A stretch of DNA of 61,096 bases, counting the filler, from Basidioascus undulatus (Eukaryota): NCBI GenBank assembly GCA_000826855.1. It is 11 parts of 11 records of this genome, joined end to end, with 100 filler letters (N's around TTAATTAATTAA, not from the genome) between each part and the next. Parts side by side here need not be neighbours in the genome. Positions count along the whole stretch, not along the records: positions 24,637 to 28,207 come from JTLS01002380.1; positions 28,308 to 31,877 come from JTLS01002381.1; positions 31,978 to 35,542 come from JTLS01002382.1; positions 35,643 to 39,206 come from JTLS01002383.1; 7 more parts are not named here. One strand, written 5' to 3'. The translations under genes and the position numbers were made by a program. Below are positions 24,766-37,150 of this stretch, in pieces. Each line of letters starts with the position of its first letter. Within the stretch, counting starts at the first letter, position 1. The notes beneath the pieces are model-generated. The model was not told the origin of the DNA. It did no database searches and worked only from the letters and a program-made list of their open reading frames with translations.

Positions 24766-25885
24766 ATGCCCACCTGTACGTGTCACTGACTCGGAGCTCG
24801 GGCTGTGGGAGACTCGTTGTGGCTGTGGGGACTGACTCGTCCGCACTTCGCCAGACATCGAGATGATCACCGACGCGGTCCTGGCTGACGGGGTACGGTC
24901 TCGTATCCCATTTATGTGGATGAGGCGAGGTGTCTAATGGGGGTTGGAGGACGGATGCAGGAACGCAAGGGCACGACCAGGTGCGTCTGTCGGCGGGCTG
25001 GGCGGCGCACGTCGGCAAGGGTGCTAACGCGTCCTATGGGCCGGGCTTCAAGGCAGGCTATCTGGAAGGTGCGATTGTGTTGTGTATTTTCTAAGGCCCC
25101 CGGGGATCAGGGTGGCGTGGTTGAGCGGTGCAGCGGTGGCTCATCGTGGGTGGTCGCCGCGCGGCTCGTCTCGTTTCACAGTACCTGTGCGTGTCGCGTC
25201 TTCATCTCCTTTACTCTTGCGGTCAGAACTGATGGTTTGGGTGGGAGGATCAACAGCAAGGACGCCCATGGCATCGTCGAGAACGCGCACACCAAGTCCA
25301 ACCTCCGGCGCGCGCTCGCGAGCGGCAAGGAGAAGGAGGTGTTCTCTATGGTGCGTCGTGCACTGCTTTGCTCATTCCCCAAGGCACCTTCGGCTCATGT
25401 CGGGACCACGCGGCCGCAGCCCAACCCCGCTCGTGTCAAGCTCGTAGACCGCAAGGCCGCTGCCGCGGCGGCCAAGGACCGCGAGGGCAAGGCGAAGGAG
25501 AACGACGAAAGCGTGCGTCCCTTTCGGGCCTTTCACTAAGTTGTATGGACGGGGGACTGACGCGCGAGCTGCGGGGACACAGCCGAAGAAGAAGACTGCT
25601 GCCAAGTGCGTCGTTTCTTTTTCACCACTCTCTTCCTCCTCAGCCAGCTCAATGGGTCCTCCCCGGTGCAGGTCGACCACGACCGCCGAGAAGAAGAGCA
25701 AGCCCGCCCCGCCCAAGACGAAGGCCGGGGCGCCCAAGAAAGCTGCGGCCCCGAAGAAGGCGACGATGGGGGTGAGAGCTTGCTCGTATACCAAGAAACA
25801 GTCGAAGAGAACTGATTGACGAGAGCGTGCCGGGACGGCGCAGTCGTCGAGCACCAAGACCCGCTCGAACAAGAAGGGCAAATGA
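24766..25885 (+). CDS. Linker histone H1 (H15 domain plus Lys/Ala/Pro-rich tail), many small exons
   Basis: Spliced MPT|YIEMITDAVLADG|ERKGTTR|QAIWK|YL|KDAHG...NLRRALASG...|PNPARVKL, followed by a PKKAAAPKK tail; TGA at 25883-25885. Confidence 0.88.
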
Positions 25886-26770
25886 GCCTCGCTGCCCGAT
25901 CGGCCCGCCCGCTACTGCTATACGTTCACGAAGCTGTCACGATTTTTCGTATCCTTCGCATTCCTGGCAAGCTCTGATGTTGTACTTTACCCTACCGTAT
26001 TGAAACGTACGAATCTGTTCGACGATTGCAGTCCTGCGGGGGAATGTGTCAGTTGAACACCTTTCCTCGTGCTTGCTTGAGAAGAACAAAGTTTTAGTAG
26101 TGAGCCTCATTCAACCTCAGGCTGTGGCTTTTGGAAGAGCAGGGATGGGAAGAGCGTGCTCCGTCTAGCGAAGATTGTGACGCTTCTGCAGTCCCATGCG
26201 CTGGGAGACGTGTATCGTAATTCACGTAGCTCTACCTTGCGCAATATGATGCGCGCCCGGCTTGTACTTTTCTAATGAGTGGTGCACTTTCAGGCTCCGT
26301 GGGTGCTGTTTTCAGGTCAAACACAGGCCCAGCAGATACAGACTTCGCAACGAACGACGCAGTCTCTCTGAAATTCTTTCCGCTCACACCCGGATATTTC
26401 TCCATTGCACCGTGGCACATTTTATTGGCGTTCTATTGCTCCTTAATGCTAACCAGCCACTCACACTCTTTACAATTCGCCGAGATGGTCCTTAAGAGGC
26501 TGAGACGAACGGAGAATCATGATCGGGCCAACCTGCGCACCCACTATTGACATTGAAACTGTCGAGGTTATAAACTTTATGAGAGGTTAATTTTCGTTGA
26601 AGATTCCCAGCACATATGATCTTTCTTCACTTCTTGAGCGAGAAGTAACAGAAGCTGCGGGCAGGAGAGAGGGGGCGATTACAGGTATTGTTTGGCGCTG
26701 GGAAGCAACGGCGAGGCTCGCCTTTTTGCTGTTCCTCTTGATCTCGACCCATCACCGCATTTCCACCGCT

Positions 26771-28207
26771 ATGCCGAGCCCATCTTCAACAGTCAAACGC
26801 GCATCTTCGACGGTTCCACAGACTCGATCTCCTCCCCACAAACGCCTTCGCCGCTCCCCGTCTCCTTCACCAGCGCTCTCCACCAGCGCAGCGCCTGCGC
26901 CTCTTCCCTCCCGCCTTCCGATCCCCGACCCCCTCACACTCCAGCGTTCCATCCCCTTCCAGCAGCCCGCGCAGATCGGGTCCTTCTCCTACTCGCCTAT
27001 ACGCTCCCAGCTCTTCGATGACTCTGCGCTGTCATACTACGTCGACCCGCCGCCGCGGTCAGACCTCGGCCATCGCTACGAGCACTACATCGAGCGCGAC
27101 CAGAGCGTGAACGAGCATCTCGACGGGCTCGTATACGCTTTGATGGAGATTGGCGGGCGCCCGGGAGGCGATGACGTGCGCAGAAGGGCGGCGGTGGTCA
27201 CTTGGCGGGGCATGTTGACGAGGTGAGCGGCTGGGACGCTGTCGGACTCGCGGGCGTCTTCTTTCCGCTGATGAACGGCCAGTAAGACTAGTTACGGCGA
27301 TATACGAGAGGAGGGATGGCTGGAAGCTTAACGTCATGATGCTTGATGGGACGCTATACATTGAGGATGCGTTGGAGACGGATGATCTTGAGAAAAGGTG
27401 AGTACTTTGCAGAAGTTCCCTGCATTTCGTACGCTGACGAATAGCACAGGCAACCTACAAATCCGCAGAATCGAATATTCAGGTATAGGGACTGTCAATC
27501 TTATGCCTTACGAGGCAGAGCATGCTGACGCTCGTCTCAACAAGCTATTATGGCTATGCCTTCGAGTCGTACTGCACGTCCTCCCTCCCTCCCGACCGCG
27601 TTCCACCGCAAGAAGCGCGTGAACGAGCGGAGCTCCGAAAAGGCTGGGGCGATGATGTAAACACGAACGTGCAGTGGTTTGTCCCTTCGTCACCATGAGC
27701 TCTCCACCCCCTGCTGACCCGCTTGACGCATAGGTGTTCCATAGTCAAGACCACGCTTGGTTCGACGCGGATGATCTTGGGCGGGGAGGTGGATTGCGTG
27801 AAAGGTTCGTGGCTATGTTGAGCTTGGTCGGCATGGCAGCGCTCATGTCGACGTGCACAGGGAAGTATACAGAGCAACCCGACACGTACGTGGAGCTCAA
27901 GACGTCCATGGCTATTACGAATCAAAGGCAAGAAGAGTGCGTGTCAACTCTTCCTCATCCAGTTGGGCGGGAGTACTGACTTCTTTACTCGCGGCCGCAG
28001 AAACTTTGAGCGCAAGCTACTGAAGTTCTGGGCGCAGTCCTTTCTCCTCGGCATCCCAGTACGTCCTCTATCGCTCTATAGCGACCGCAACTGACCTGTC
28101 TCTCGTGCTCAGACTATCACCGTCGGGTTCCGCGATCCCTCCGGCCGTCTCACAACAACGCAGCATCTCCAGGCACGCTCTTCCCCGGCCGCCCCCGACC
28201 CAGTCGC
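26771..28207 (+). CDS. RAI1: Rai1/DXO decapping nuclease, 3' end cut by contig end
   Basis: FQQPAQIGSFSY, EHLDGL, VVTWRGMLT, YYGYAFES, VNTNVQW, ILGGEVDC, YVELKTS, KLLKFWAQSFLLGIP, VGFRD. Confidence 0.96.
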
Positions 28208-28307
28208 NNNNNNNNNNNNNNNNNNNNNNNNNNNNNNNNNNNNNNNNNNNNTTAATTAATTAANNNNNNNNNNNNNNNNNNNNNNNNNNNNNNNNNNNNN
28301 NNNNNNN

Positions 28308-29530
28308 TACCCTCCCCTTAGCCTTGTCCTCTACTCCTTGCCCTTTCTTCATCCATCTTGCATCTTGACACCAACCCTGCTGGTAGTCCACGCTGCGGTC
28401 TGTCTTACTGAGTCAAGTCCTGACACTTGAGTACTTCAACCACTTTGCCGGTCAACAACTTTCCTGACTGGGGTATTGTGGCATCCTTCTGCATCTTGGC
28501 AGTCTGCCAGAGCTCTCTTTGCAGTTTCTTTCATGCTGCCTGCACCCCACACTAGAGCCGTGTTCTTAGTATGGTATCTGCAAAATATTGGGTTTTACTA
28601 CTACTATCATGGATTCATGCACAACAGATGCCTTAAGAGGAGAATGTGTAACCTCTTTGCTGCTGCATTCTTCTTCAAGTCTACCGCAGGCCAGCCTCAA
28701 ACTCTATCAGAGCTTCTTGTATAATAGAGATTAACCACAACAATGCATAAATCCTCCTTTTGCCAACACATTGCTTGGACATTGAACATCCCCATCTGCC
28801 TAGGTGGGCATGCCAGAGGTTGCAGCCATCCAGGCAGGAATTTACTCATGCATTTAGTTAACTTGTTTTACTGGTAGTGGGTAGCTCTTTTTGGAGGAAA
28901 GGACTGCAAAGGACTATCCCCTCAAGGACTGCAGACTATCTGTCCCCTCAAGGACTGTTTCCCCAGGTCTTGCACCCTGCGGGACAGTCCATCAAGGACA
29001 ACCTGGCCCTGCAGTAACTGTCTTTCACCAGTGATTTATTCTCCACTGTCCACTATAAGCAGTTCTGCTTTCAAGGGCTCAATTGGCACTGACGTTTTTC
29101 TAAGGCTTTCTCCATGGACTCATGGACTTGGGAGGTTCAGTTCAATTGGTTTCAGGGTTGTCTGAGCTCATCTCAGGTACAGAAAAAAACTATACTCATG
29201 TAGGTCAAGTACAGTTATATTGATGAGAGGTGTTGTCCAACATGTCAGGTGGTCACCAGCATGCCATCCGACATGTCAGGAGGTGGTTCGACGTGTCATC
29301 CAATATGTCAAAGGGGCATGCAACATTCCATCCAACATGTCAGAGGGGTGTCCAAATTGTATACAACATGTTGGAGGGACATCCAGCATTGTTATCCAAC
29401 ATGTCAATCAGCTGTCCAACATTTCATCCAACATCTCATCCAACATTTCAGGGATGCCATCCAACATGTCTGGCAGTCCTGGGCATTATGAAGTGAGGGT
29501 CACCTTGACACCACCACTTTGATTATAAGC
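28308..29530. mobile_element. CpG-depleted, lower-GC degenerate repeat or transposon relic (family not identified)
   Basis: Very few CG dinucleotides compared with the flanking genes, many CA/TG, internal short repeats (AAGGACT at ~28899-29000 and the array below), no intact ORF. Confidence 0.5.
29236..29473. repeat. Degenerate tandem array of TCC(A/G)ACATGTC units with ~32-bp period
   Basis: About 15 variants; the main units start at ~29236, 29267, 29299, 29331, 29362, 29395 and 29460. Confidence 0.9.
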
Positions 29531-30333
29531 TCAATTGTGTCACATATCACAGCAAGCTGATTTTGGCGCACAAACTTTGGTGAGTGTAAGACTGGTTTGG
29601 ACAACGAGATAAATAAGAAAATGTTTAGTCTGTGAGACGGTTGCCGCGGCAATGGCCTCAGGTGTCCTCATCCTGTCCAGCCCCACCCTCTTTTTCTTTC
29701 AGTTAACCTGCCTTCTTTTCCTGCTTTCCGGACCCTGTCCCATGCAAAAGCCTCTATGCACATGGTGAATGCCACAGACAAAGTGAGCGTACGTGATGAA
29801 AGCCTCGGCCATATGGTTAGGTCCTACCCTGTCCTGCCCACTCTCCGAGCTTGGCGCGGAGGCTCAGATCGCAGCTTCCAACCATCATCCTCTTCACCCT
29901 GCACAAACACACAGCTCTACCACTATTTCTTGCAACTGTACACCAAACGTTACCAACAGTTCACCGACATTACCACCTTCTTGACTGCATACCAGCTCTC
30001 TGCTGCGGACGGGCGCAGAGATCGAGAGAAACCGCCGCTGTTTATTCATCGTCTACGTTGAGCTGGAGTTGAGGGTGCAGGTGAGCTTTGGAATCTGGTA
30101 AAGTTTTATGGTGGGATAGGGACTGTGGTGCGGAGGAAGTGATGGGAGATGGTGTGGGATCTTCAGTGCGCTGGCGGGCCGCTTGTCTTGCATTGCTGCA
30201 CAACCGTCCCGCTCTGCCCTTTCGGGATTTTTGCACTTTAGACGGTGCATCTCTTTCGAATGGTTCCACGCATTCGTCGGGCGTACAAAATATACTCTTA
30301 TCCCCCACTCACACCGCTCCCTCCCCCACAGCC

Positions 30334-31000
30334 ATGGCCCCAGCGCCCGCCTCCTCCCCGTCTTCGTCCGCCCTCCCCGTCTTCCCCGAACCCCTCCCGC
30401 CGTCTTCGGAGCTCCTGGTGCCCCTGCACCGCGCGCTCTCCTCCGCCTCGCGCATCGTCGTCCTCACGGGCGCAGGCATATCTACCGCCTCGGGGATTCC
30501 CGACTTCCGCTCCGCCTCCTCGGGGCTCTTCGCCTCCCTGCGCGAAGAGGCTGCGATGGAGGGCGTGAAGCTTGCGAGTGGGAAGGACCTGTTTAGTATG
30601 GGGGTTTACAAGGTGCGTCTCACCGTGGCTGTCTTCTCGCAGCAGCAAGGGAGACTGATCCGAGAGGCGCGGTAGGACCCCGACTTGCTGAGCTTGCATC
30701 ACAAGCTTCTTGCGAGGCTGCACGACCTGGCGGAGGGGTGCGAGCCGAGCGCGTTCCACAAGCTCCTCGCACGCTGGAACGACGAGGGCAGGCTGCTGAG
30801 GTGCTTGACCCAGAACATTGACCGATTGGAGGAGAAGGGTGCGTTCTGTCCCTTCTTGCGTTTTCCCATCCCCATCTCTCGGGCGTCAACCCATCCGCAT
30901 CCTCATCTCCCTCGCTCAACGTCCTCTCCCGCAGCCGGCCTCTCCTTCGGCGTTCCCCCACCGCCCGCACCACGCCGAAAACCGTCCACCTCCGCCCGGG
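30334..31000 (+). CDS. Sirtuin (Hst3/Hst4-like), N-terminal half only
   Basis: IVVLTGAGISTASGIPDFRS, GKDLF, PSAFHKLL, GRLLRCLTQNIDRLEEKAGL; introns 30613-30675 and 30839-30934. No HG motif or zinc cysteines follow. Confidence 0.88.
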
Positions 31001-31001
31001 C

Positions 31002-31877
31002 TTATCCCAACGCGATCGGCGGGGTCGGGCTCCCGCTCGTCCGTGCGAGGATGCGCGCTCGCTCGCCCTCCAACTGCGTCCCACCCCGCCCACGTCAACT
31101 CCCGAAAGCAAGGGAAAGGGCAAAAGGACAGAAGGGAGATAAGGGAGGGAGAGAGGGAGGGAAGGAAGACGCACCACTTTCCGCACGCGCTTCAGCCCGC
31201 TCGCGGCGTTCGGCCCCGCATTCGGGGGGATCCGGCAGTCCTCCAGGTTGTACGGCGGGGCGATGGTCACCTCGTCGAGGACGACGATGCTCGCACGGTT
31301 CCACCTCACTGGCAAGCTATCCCTCCCACCCACGCGACCCGTCCTTCAGGGAATGAGGCAGAAAGAGGTGGGGGAAGAAAAAGAGGTAAGGGAAAGGTAA
31401 GGTAAGGTGAAACGGAGCTCACGTCTTAGCCAGCGCATCGAACAGGTTCTGCCCAAACGGCGTCACGCCCACCCCAATCCTCCTCGCCTTCTCCTCCTCC
31501 CTCCTAACCGCCTCCCTCAGACGCGCCTCCTTCGCGCGCGGATCCAGCGGGCGGAGGGGGGCGTCCCACGCCTTCTCCTCCTCCTTCTCCTTCTCGCCCT
31601 GTGCCTGCGCGGGACCGAGGACTTCGACGGCGGAGACGAGGCGGGGCTTGACGAGCCTGTACGTCCCCGACGCGGGGGAGAGCACGACCGTGCCTGAGAT
31701 GGCGTCGTACGCGTATAAGGTGCCTTCGAGGACTTTGGGGGAGGAGGACGGGGGGGAGAGCGTGAGGCGGATGCGGTGGTTGATTAGGGTGGAGAGGATC
31801 GAGGAGGGGGGGCGGGTGAGACGGAAGGGGGCGAGGATTGAGGAGGAGGGGCGGGAGAGGGGGATGGGGAGACGGGC
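31002..31877 (-). CDS. LSM12: Lsm12 (Lsm fold plus anticodon-binding domain), 5' end cut by contig end
   Basis: LEGTLYAYD, IGVGVTPFGQNLFDALAKT|LPVRWNRASIVVLDEVTIAPPY, RVRKV|LEGERAR; TAA at 31004-31002. Confidence 0.9.
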
Positions 31878-31977
31878 NNNNNNNNNNNNNNNNNNNNNNN
31901 NNNNNNNNNNNNNNNNNNNNNTTAATTAATTAANNNNNNNNNNNNNNNNNNNNNNNNNNNNNNNNNNNNNNNNNNNN

Positions 31978-32530
31978 GCACATCGGATGCTCGTAGAACT
32001 CTTTCGGCGCGGTGGCTCCGGCGCACCGATCGCGAACCTCTCGAGTGCGCTGCACCCGGGGAGCTCGTCCTCCGGCGCGATGGGCGGCGGCGGCTGGCTC
32101 GCCGACATGTTGAGCCGGCCGACCCACCGCACCACCCGCGCATCTCGGGGCCGACCACGAACGCGAGGTCGAGGTCGCGCAGGCGCGGATGAGCTCGGAG
32201 CGCGCTGAGGAGCGCCTGCGTGTTTTCCGCGCTGGGCCCGTGGAGGAGGAGCGTGAGCCGCTCGAGGGAGGGGAGATGCCCCACACGGAAAGCGGAGGTG
32301 AGGACGCGCGTGGTGTGCTCGTCGGTCCGGACATCGAGGGATCGGAGAAGCGGGGCGGGCTCGGTGGGGAGGGTGTCCGAGTGCGAGAGGAGAGGCGAGA
32401 GGAAGGAGTGGAAATGCCGGTTCGTTTCGCTCAGCCCGGCGAGCGAGGGGAGGGGCAGGTGCGAGGCGATCGCGGTGAGCAGCTCGGGAGCGAGCGAGGT
32501 CAGGCGCGAAGTCGGCGGCTGCTAGGTCAT
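31978..32530 (-). pseudogene. Disrupted F-box/LRR-like gene (5' part)
   Basis: ATG-ACC-TAG, then LTSLAPELLTAIASHL (F-box pattern), a frameshift, and LPSLERLTL / HPRLRDLDL leucine-rich repeats. Confidence 0.6.
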
Positions 32531-33202
32531 TGCGTTCTGTTAGTAGTTTCGAGGATGAGAATGAAAACGACGAGCAGCGCTGAATAATGCGAGCGAGATG
32601 GTTGGTTCAGGGTCCGCGAAAGCAGGTGGGCGAAGACGGAAGCAGAGGCTTGTTGAATATGAGTAATGAGCATGCGATCGCATGCGGAGGGAGGCTCTGA
32701 GGAATAGAGTTCGAATATCTTTCGAGTCTGAGAAGTGCCCCCGGAGACTTTATGTCCGGGGCTGTGATGGAGATGGGCAGCAGCTAAGAGCGGTCGGAGG
32801 ACACTGCAGTCAGAGTGAGGAGACACGAGAGCCTCGGACGCTCTCGCCGATCTTCCTCCCATCTCTGGCATACTTGCAATCAAGGATTTGACTTCTCGTC
32901 GATTTTTCACACATTTGTAGCCTGACAAGTCGAAAAGTGCAGCTGGCGCACAGGGTCCCGCTGCGTCCACGGGCTCTCCGGCAGTCGACCGTGCATATTC
33001 CGCCGCGGACGTCATCAGCACCGCCGCTCCTCTCGCTCACTCGCCCGCCTCGCCTCCTCCGCTCGCCGAGTCTTCTTCTCCGCCCGTCACTCTTTCCCAA
33101 ACGTGCGCTGCTGCTGCTCTTGCCGCTGCACAATAGACCACATAAACAGACCGCAATCTACGTAGTTAACGACTCCTTCCTCCCCCGAACGAAAACAGCG
33201 CG

Positions 33203-34657
33203 ATGGTACGCTAGCTGGCGTCACGCCGATCTGGCGCTCTCCCGGCGAGGAACCGCACCCGCTGAACAGGGGGTTGGTTGAACACAGGGCTCTCCGTACC
33301 CGCACTACGCATGGGCTGCAGGCCATGCGATCCTCCTGGTGCGCTTTTATGAGAGTGTGGGCGAAGAGGAGCGAGCTGATTGGGACGCGGACGTAAACAG
33401 CTCAGCACGCTCAAATACGTCCTTAACGTCATCACCTTCCGGTGCCCGCCTCTTCTCTTCCTTCGTGCACGGAGGAGACGCTGAACACGCTGGATGGACA
33501 CAGGAGCGGCGGTATCGGATTCGCGTACAAGCGTGAGTGGGAGTGCGGTCCTGTGCCGCGTGGGGCCGCCAGGCTGACGTGGAGGACTGGGCGCTGGAAC
33601 GTAAAGTTTCGTACTTTGGCGCAGCGTGAGTGCTTTGCTTTGATGAGCGGAAGATGGAGGAGAGCTGATAGCGAGGTGTCGGTGAATTCAGACTCTCATA
33701 CGGAATCGTCATCTACAAGTCGTTCGGCATCCCCCAGCCCAATGCGGCGTGGTTGCAGCGGGCGCTGCTTGACGAGGTGCGCCGGTCGGACGGGATCTTG
33801 GCTCTTCCCAGAGCTCACAAGCGTTTGAAATCGTTCGCAGAACGTCCAATACTTTATTCTCGCCCTCTTCTGGACTATCGTAAGCCCATGCGCCTTCTGG
33901 CATTCCCTTCCCGCGCGCTAACGCATCCTCCTCCCGCACACAGAACAAGCCCATCCCTCGTCCGTCTTTTCCGCGCCTCCTCGCTCGTGTAATCCCCGCA
34001 CGCTCATGCATCGCCCGAGAAAAGTGACCCTCATCCCCTATGCGACCTTCTCCCTCTTCCATGTCCTCACCTTCGTTCGCACGAACCTCATCCCGCTCGT
34101 CTTCCCGCCCCCGCCCAAGCCCGCGGGCCAGCAGGCTCAGAACGGCGCGGCGGCGCCCACGAGCGGCGGCGCGGGCCCCGCCATCCAACAGACTATCCAG
34201 AAGTGGGTCAAGAGCAACTATGATGGCGCTAGTATGTTTCTTTTTGATGAGATGACTAGGAGGCAGGTACTGATGGGAGAGGATTGAACCGGGATAGTGC
34301 GCTTCGTAGCGTACGCTGAGCTCGTCGTCTTCGTCCGTCTCCTTCTCGGTGCCATCGCGTGCGTTCGCCGAAGTTATGTGCTCAGGCGTACCAGGCTGAT
34401 CGTGCGCGTGCAGCTTCCAAAACGGGATCCTCCTCCCGGTCTTCTACGCGCTCTTCCTGCGCTCGCGCTACTTCTTCTCGCCCTACACGCGCGCGGCGTT
34501 CGCCAACATCGGCCAGCGCATCGACGGCCTCGTGGCGTCCAAGCCCTCCGCGGCAAACATCTGGCGCCAGGCCAAGGCCGTCCTGAACCGCTTCGCCGGC
34601 GGCGCGGGCCTGCAGCCGAGGCCCCAGGGCCAGGCGCAGGAGCAGCGCGCGCGCTGA
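33203..34657 (+). CDS. Pom33/Per33/Tts1 (TMEM33) family ER/nuclear-pore membrane protein
   Basis: M|GSPYPHYAWAAGH, IVIYKSFG, RALLDE|NVQYFILALFW, LIPYATFSLFHVLTFVRTNL, WVKSNYD, FVAYAEL, FLRSRYFFSPYTR. Confidence 0.92.
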
Positions 34658-35403
34658 GCGGGCTTACCGACTGAGCGTGGAAGTGGAAGTTGGTGGAGGA
34701 AGAGGAGAAGATGGAGGGGTGCTGGAGATAATGGCTATTGGAAGGAAGCTACCCGGGAGTCGTGCGAAGTTGAACGGTCTGGCCTTTTGTCTTTTCACGA
34801 CTCGATTCACGCGTACTTTACGACTCGGTTGCTGTGTCGTGCTGTGCGTTTGTGCGTGGGAGCAAAGAGAAGCAGAAAAGCGAATGCGATTTCATTATCG
34901 AGGCTATCGAACCTGCTCGTGACGCACGCGCGCCAACATAACCGCGCCCGCGACGTTCAACCTTGGACTTGAACCTCTTTGAGCTCAGATTGGCGTCCGT
35001 GCACCCCGCTTCAAGCACTCGACGACAGCGGCCGCTCTTATCTTGCTCTCAACACCACATACACGCAAAGCACTCGTATGCTCTCTTGCTCTCCCCCCAC
35101 TTAAATCGTGAGTCTGGCCCCTCGCGCCTCGATGGCTGAGGGCGGCTGGACAGTCGTGAGCCCGCAGCACACAGGTGTGTCGCTGTAGCTGCTGCGTCGC
35201 CGTCGGCGGTTGGGACGAGAGCAATGCGCGGATCGTACAGGCAGTGGATCGGGTGGCAGTGGGTTGACTGACTCTTGCGGTGGGGCGTCGGTGGACACAC
35301 AGACTCCTCGACCCTCAGCTCGCCTGTCCTCCTTCCCACGTCCGTCCATCTCTCTCCCAGACTCCCATCCAGCACTGACACACACATATGCACACGCAAC
35401 AGA

Positions 35404-35542
35404 ATGACCGACACCGCCCCCGCCGCGGCCTCCAAGAAGTCGACGCGCTCCGAGGACGTCCTCTCCTTCCTCGACGACCTAGACAAGTCCCTCCCCTCCC
35501 CGACCTCCCCGCCCTCTGGCTCCCCCGCCCCCGCCCCCGCCG
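35404..35542 (+). CDS. 5' end of probable Mtc1-family protein
   Basis: MTDTAPAAASKKSTRSEDVLSFLDDLD resembles the fungal Mtc1 N-terminal motif; only 46 aa are visible. Confidence 0.45.
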
Positions 35543-35855
35543 NNNNNNNNNNNNNNNNNNNNNNNNNNNNNNNNNNNNNNNNNNNNTTAATTAATTAANN
35601 NNNNNNNNNNNNNNNNNNNNNNNNNNNNNNNNNNNNNNNNNNGGGAGGGGGGGGGGGAGAGGGGGGGAAGGGAAAGGGCGGGGGAGGAGGAGCGGTAGTG
35701 CGATTGGGTACGCGGGTTGATGAGATGCTGAGCATGCGTTCTTGGTCGTGCCAGCGGGGCTTTGCTGCAACAAACAACCGTCGAGGGGCTTTCTGACCCA
35801 TGCGCCGTCACATTCGGGAGGTCACACGAACACATCTTCCATCATCAAGGTAACA

Positions 35856-37150
35856 ATGGACGTAGTGGAACGGGACCCGTCCACGGTTCCAGACCGGCAT
35901 GTCTTGGTTCAGACAGCTGTGCTTCCCGTTCTCAGTTCCGTCAGCGCACCATCTCTCATTTCTGATCGTTATGTGGTGACTCTTAAACGGTTCTTATTTC
36001 GCTTTCTCAGGGAAGTTGCAAGGCTCTGACCGACGCGAAGAACTTCGCACTCGCTTCGAAGGCGTGTCACGAGATCACGCTTCCTTACTGTTCTGGGTTC
36101 AGGGAAGTACACGGAAATGGAGGGCGTCGAGCGCTGGGATGCTGGAAACGACTGGCGCTGCATTGTCGGGAATCGCAGGATAGCCGAGATCATGAGGTGA
36201 GCGCCGTGCAGCCTGGTCGGGCTTTTGCTTATATTTGGTGCACTTATGCTCACTGGAAAATGCAGGCCTCTGGACATATACTTTCCCCGCGACGACTCCG
36301 AGAACGACGAGCTCATCGTCTGCTCCCTCTTGAGCAGCGTGCCCAATATCCGGAAGCTATTGCTCTCTGTCGCGTGCATCTCCGTTCCAATAGTTGTTGC
36401 AATTAGCCAGCTCTCGAACCTCAGCGAACTCTCCTTCTATGCGCCTCTTTCGGACGACGAGTCGTACAAGTGCCTCGCGCGTCTCGCTCCGATCGCTCAC
36501 GGCATCGTAGACTTCAGGATCGGCGGTGATTATAAGTCGTGGGGACACGGAATACATCCCATCGCTTCGTACTTTCTTGCCGAACGTCGTCGACTCAGAC
36601 TCGATCAAATCCCCCCTCTTCGTGACCTCGTCCAAGGTGCCAAGAAGCTTGAGCGGCTCGAAACTAGCGCCTGACCTACTATTGGACGACTTAAAAGACA
36701 CGCAAAGTCTGCGCGAGCTCCCGTTGGGATCCTCTATAAAGCCATTTCTGACTGGTCAGCTGGAGCGACTTGTCAAGGAGCTCTGCGGACTCGTTGAACT
36801 CAAAACTCGACCTGGCTCACGACGATTCAGAGGACCTGAAAGCAGTGGTGCGTCTTGCCTTCCGCTTTCCGACCTGGCGCTTTGTTCAGCCGTTCAAGTA
36901 GCGTAATCCACAGAAAAGCTCTTTGCGCGTCATACGCCGACTTCCACGCCTGGAGTTCCTCCGCCTTTCTTTGACCTCGTCTCTACCCAGTCCACCGTCC
37001 CTACGCCAGATCAGAGGTTTCTTGTGCAGTCTGTGCCAGGACCTCCTCCGTACGCATGGTGGTAAGGGTCTGATAGCGTTTCTTTCAGAGTCTACGGGGG
37101 CTATGGGGGCTATGGTACGGGTTTTGGACAGCGAGTCGCGAATCAGATGA
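35856..37150 (+). pseudogene. Degenerate F-box/RNI-like LRR gene
   Basis: NFALASKACHEI, VPNIRKLLL, LSNLSELSF, KKLERLE, LPRLEFLRL in different frames with intervening stops. Confidence 0.5.

Noticed and set aside
29236..29473. CRISPR-like repeat-spacer appearance
   Set aside because: Eukaryotic context, degenerate units, spacers that are themselves repeat variants, and no cas genes.
29220..29522. Three overlapping ORFs with repeated QHV / SNMS / HPTC
   Set aside because: By-product of the DNA repeat lacking stop codons; no coding signal.
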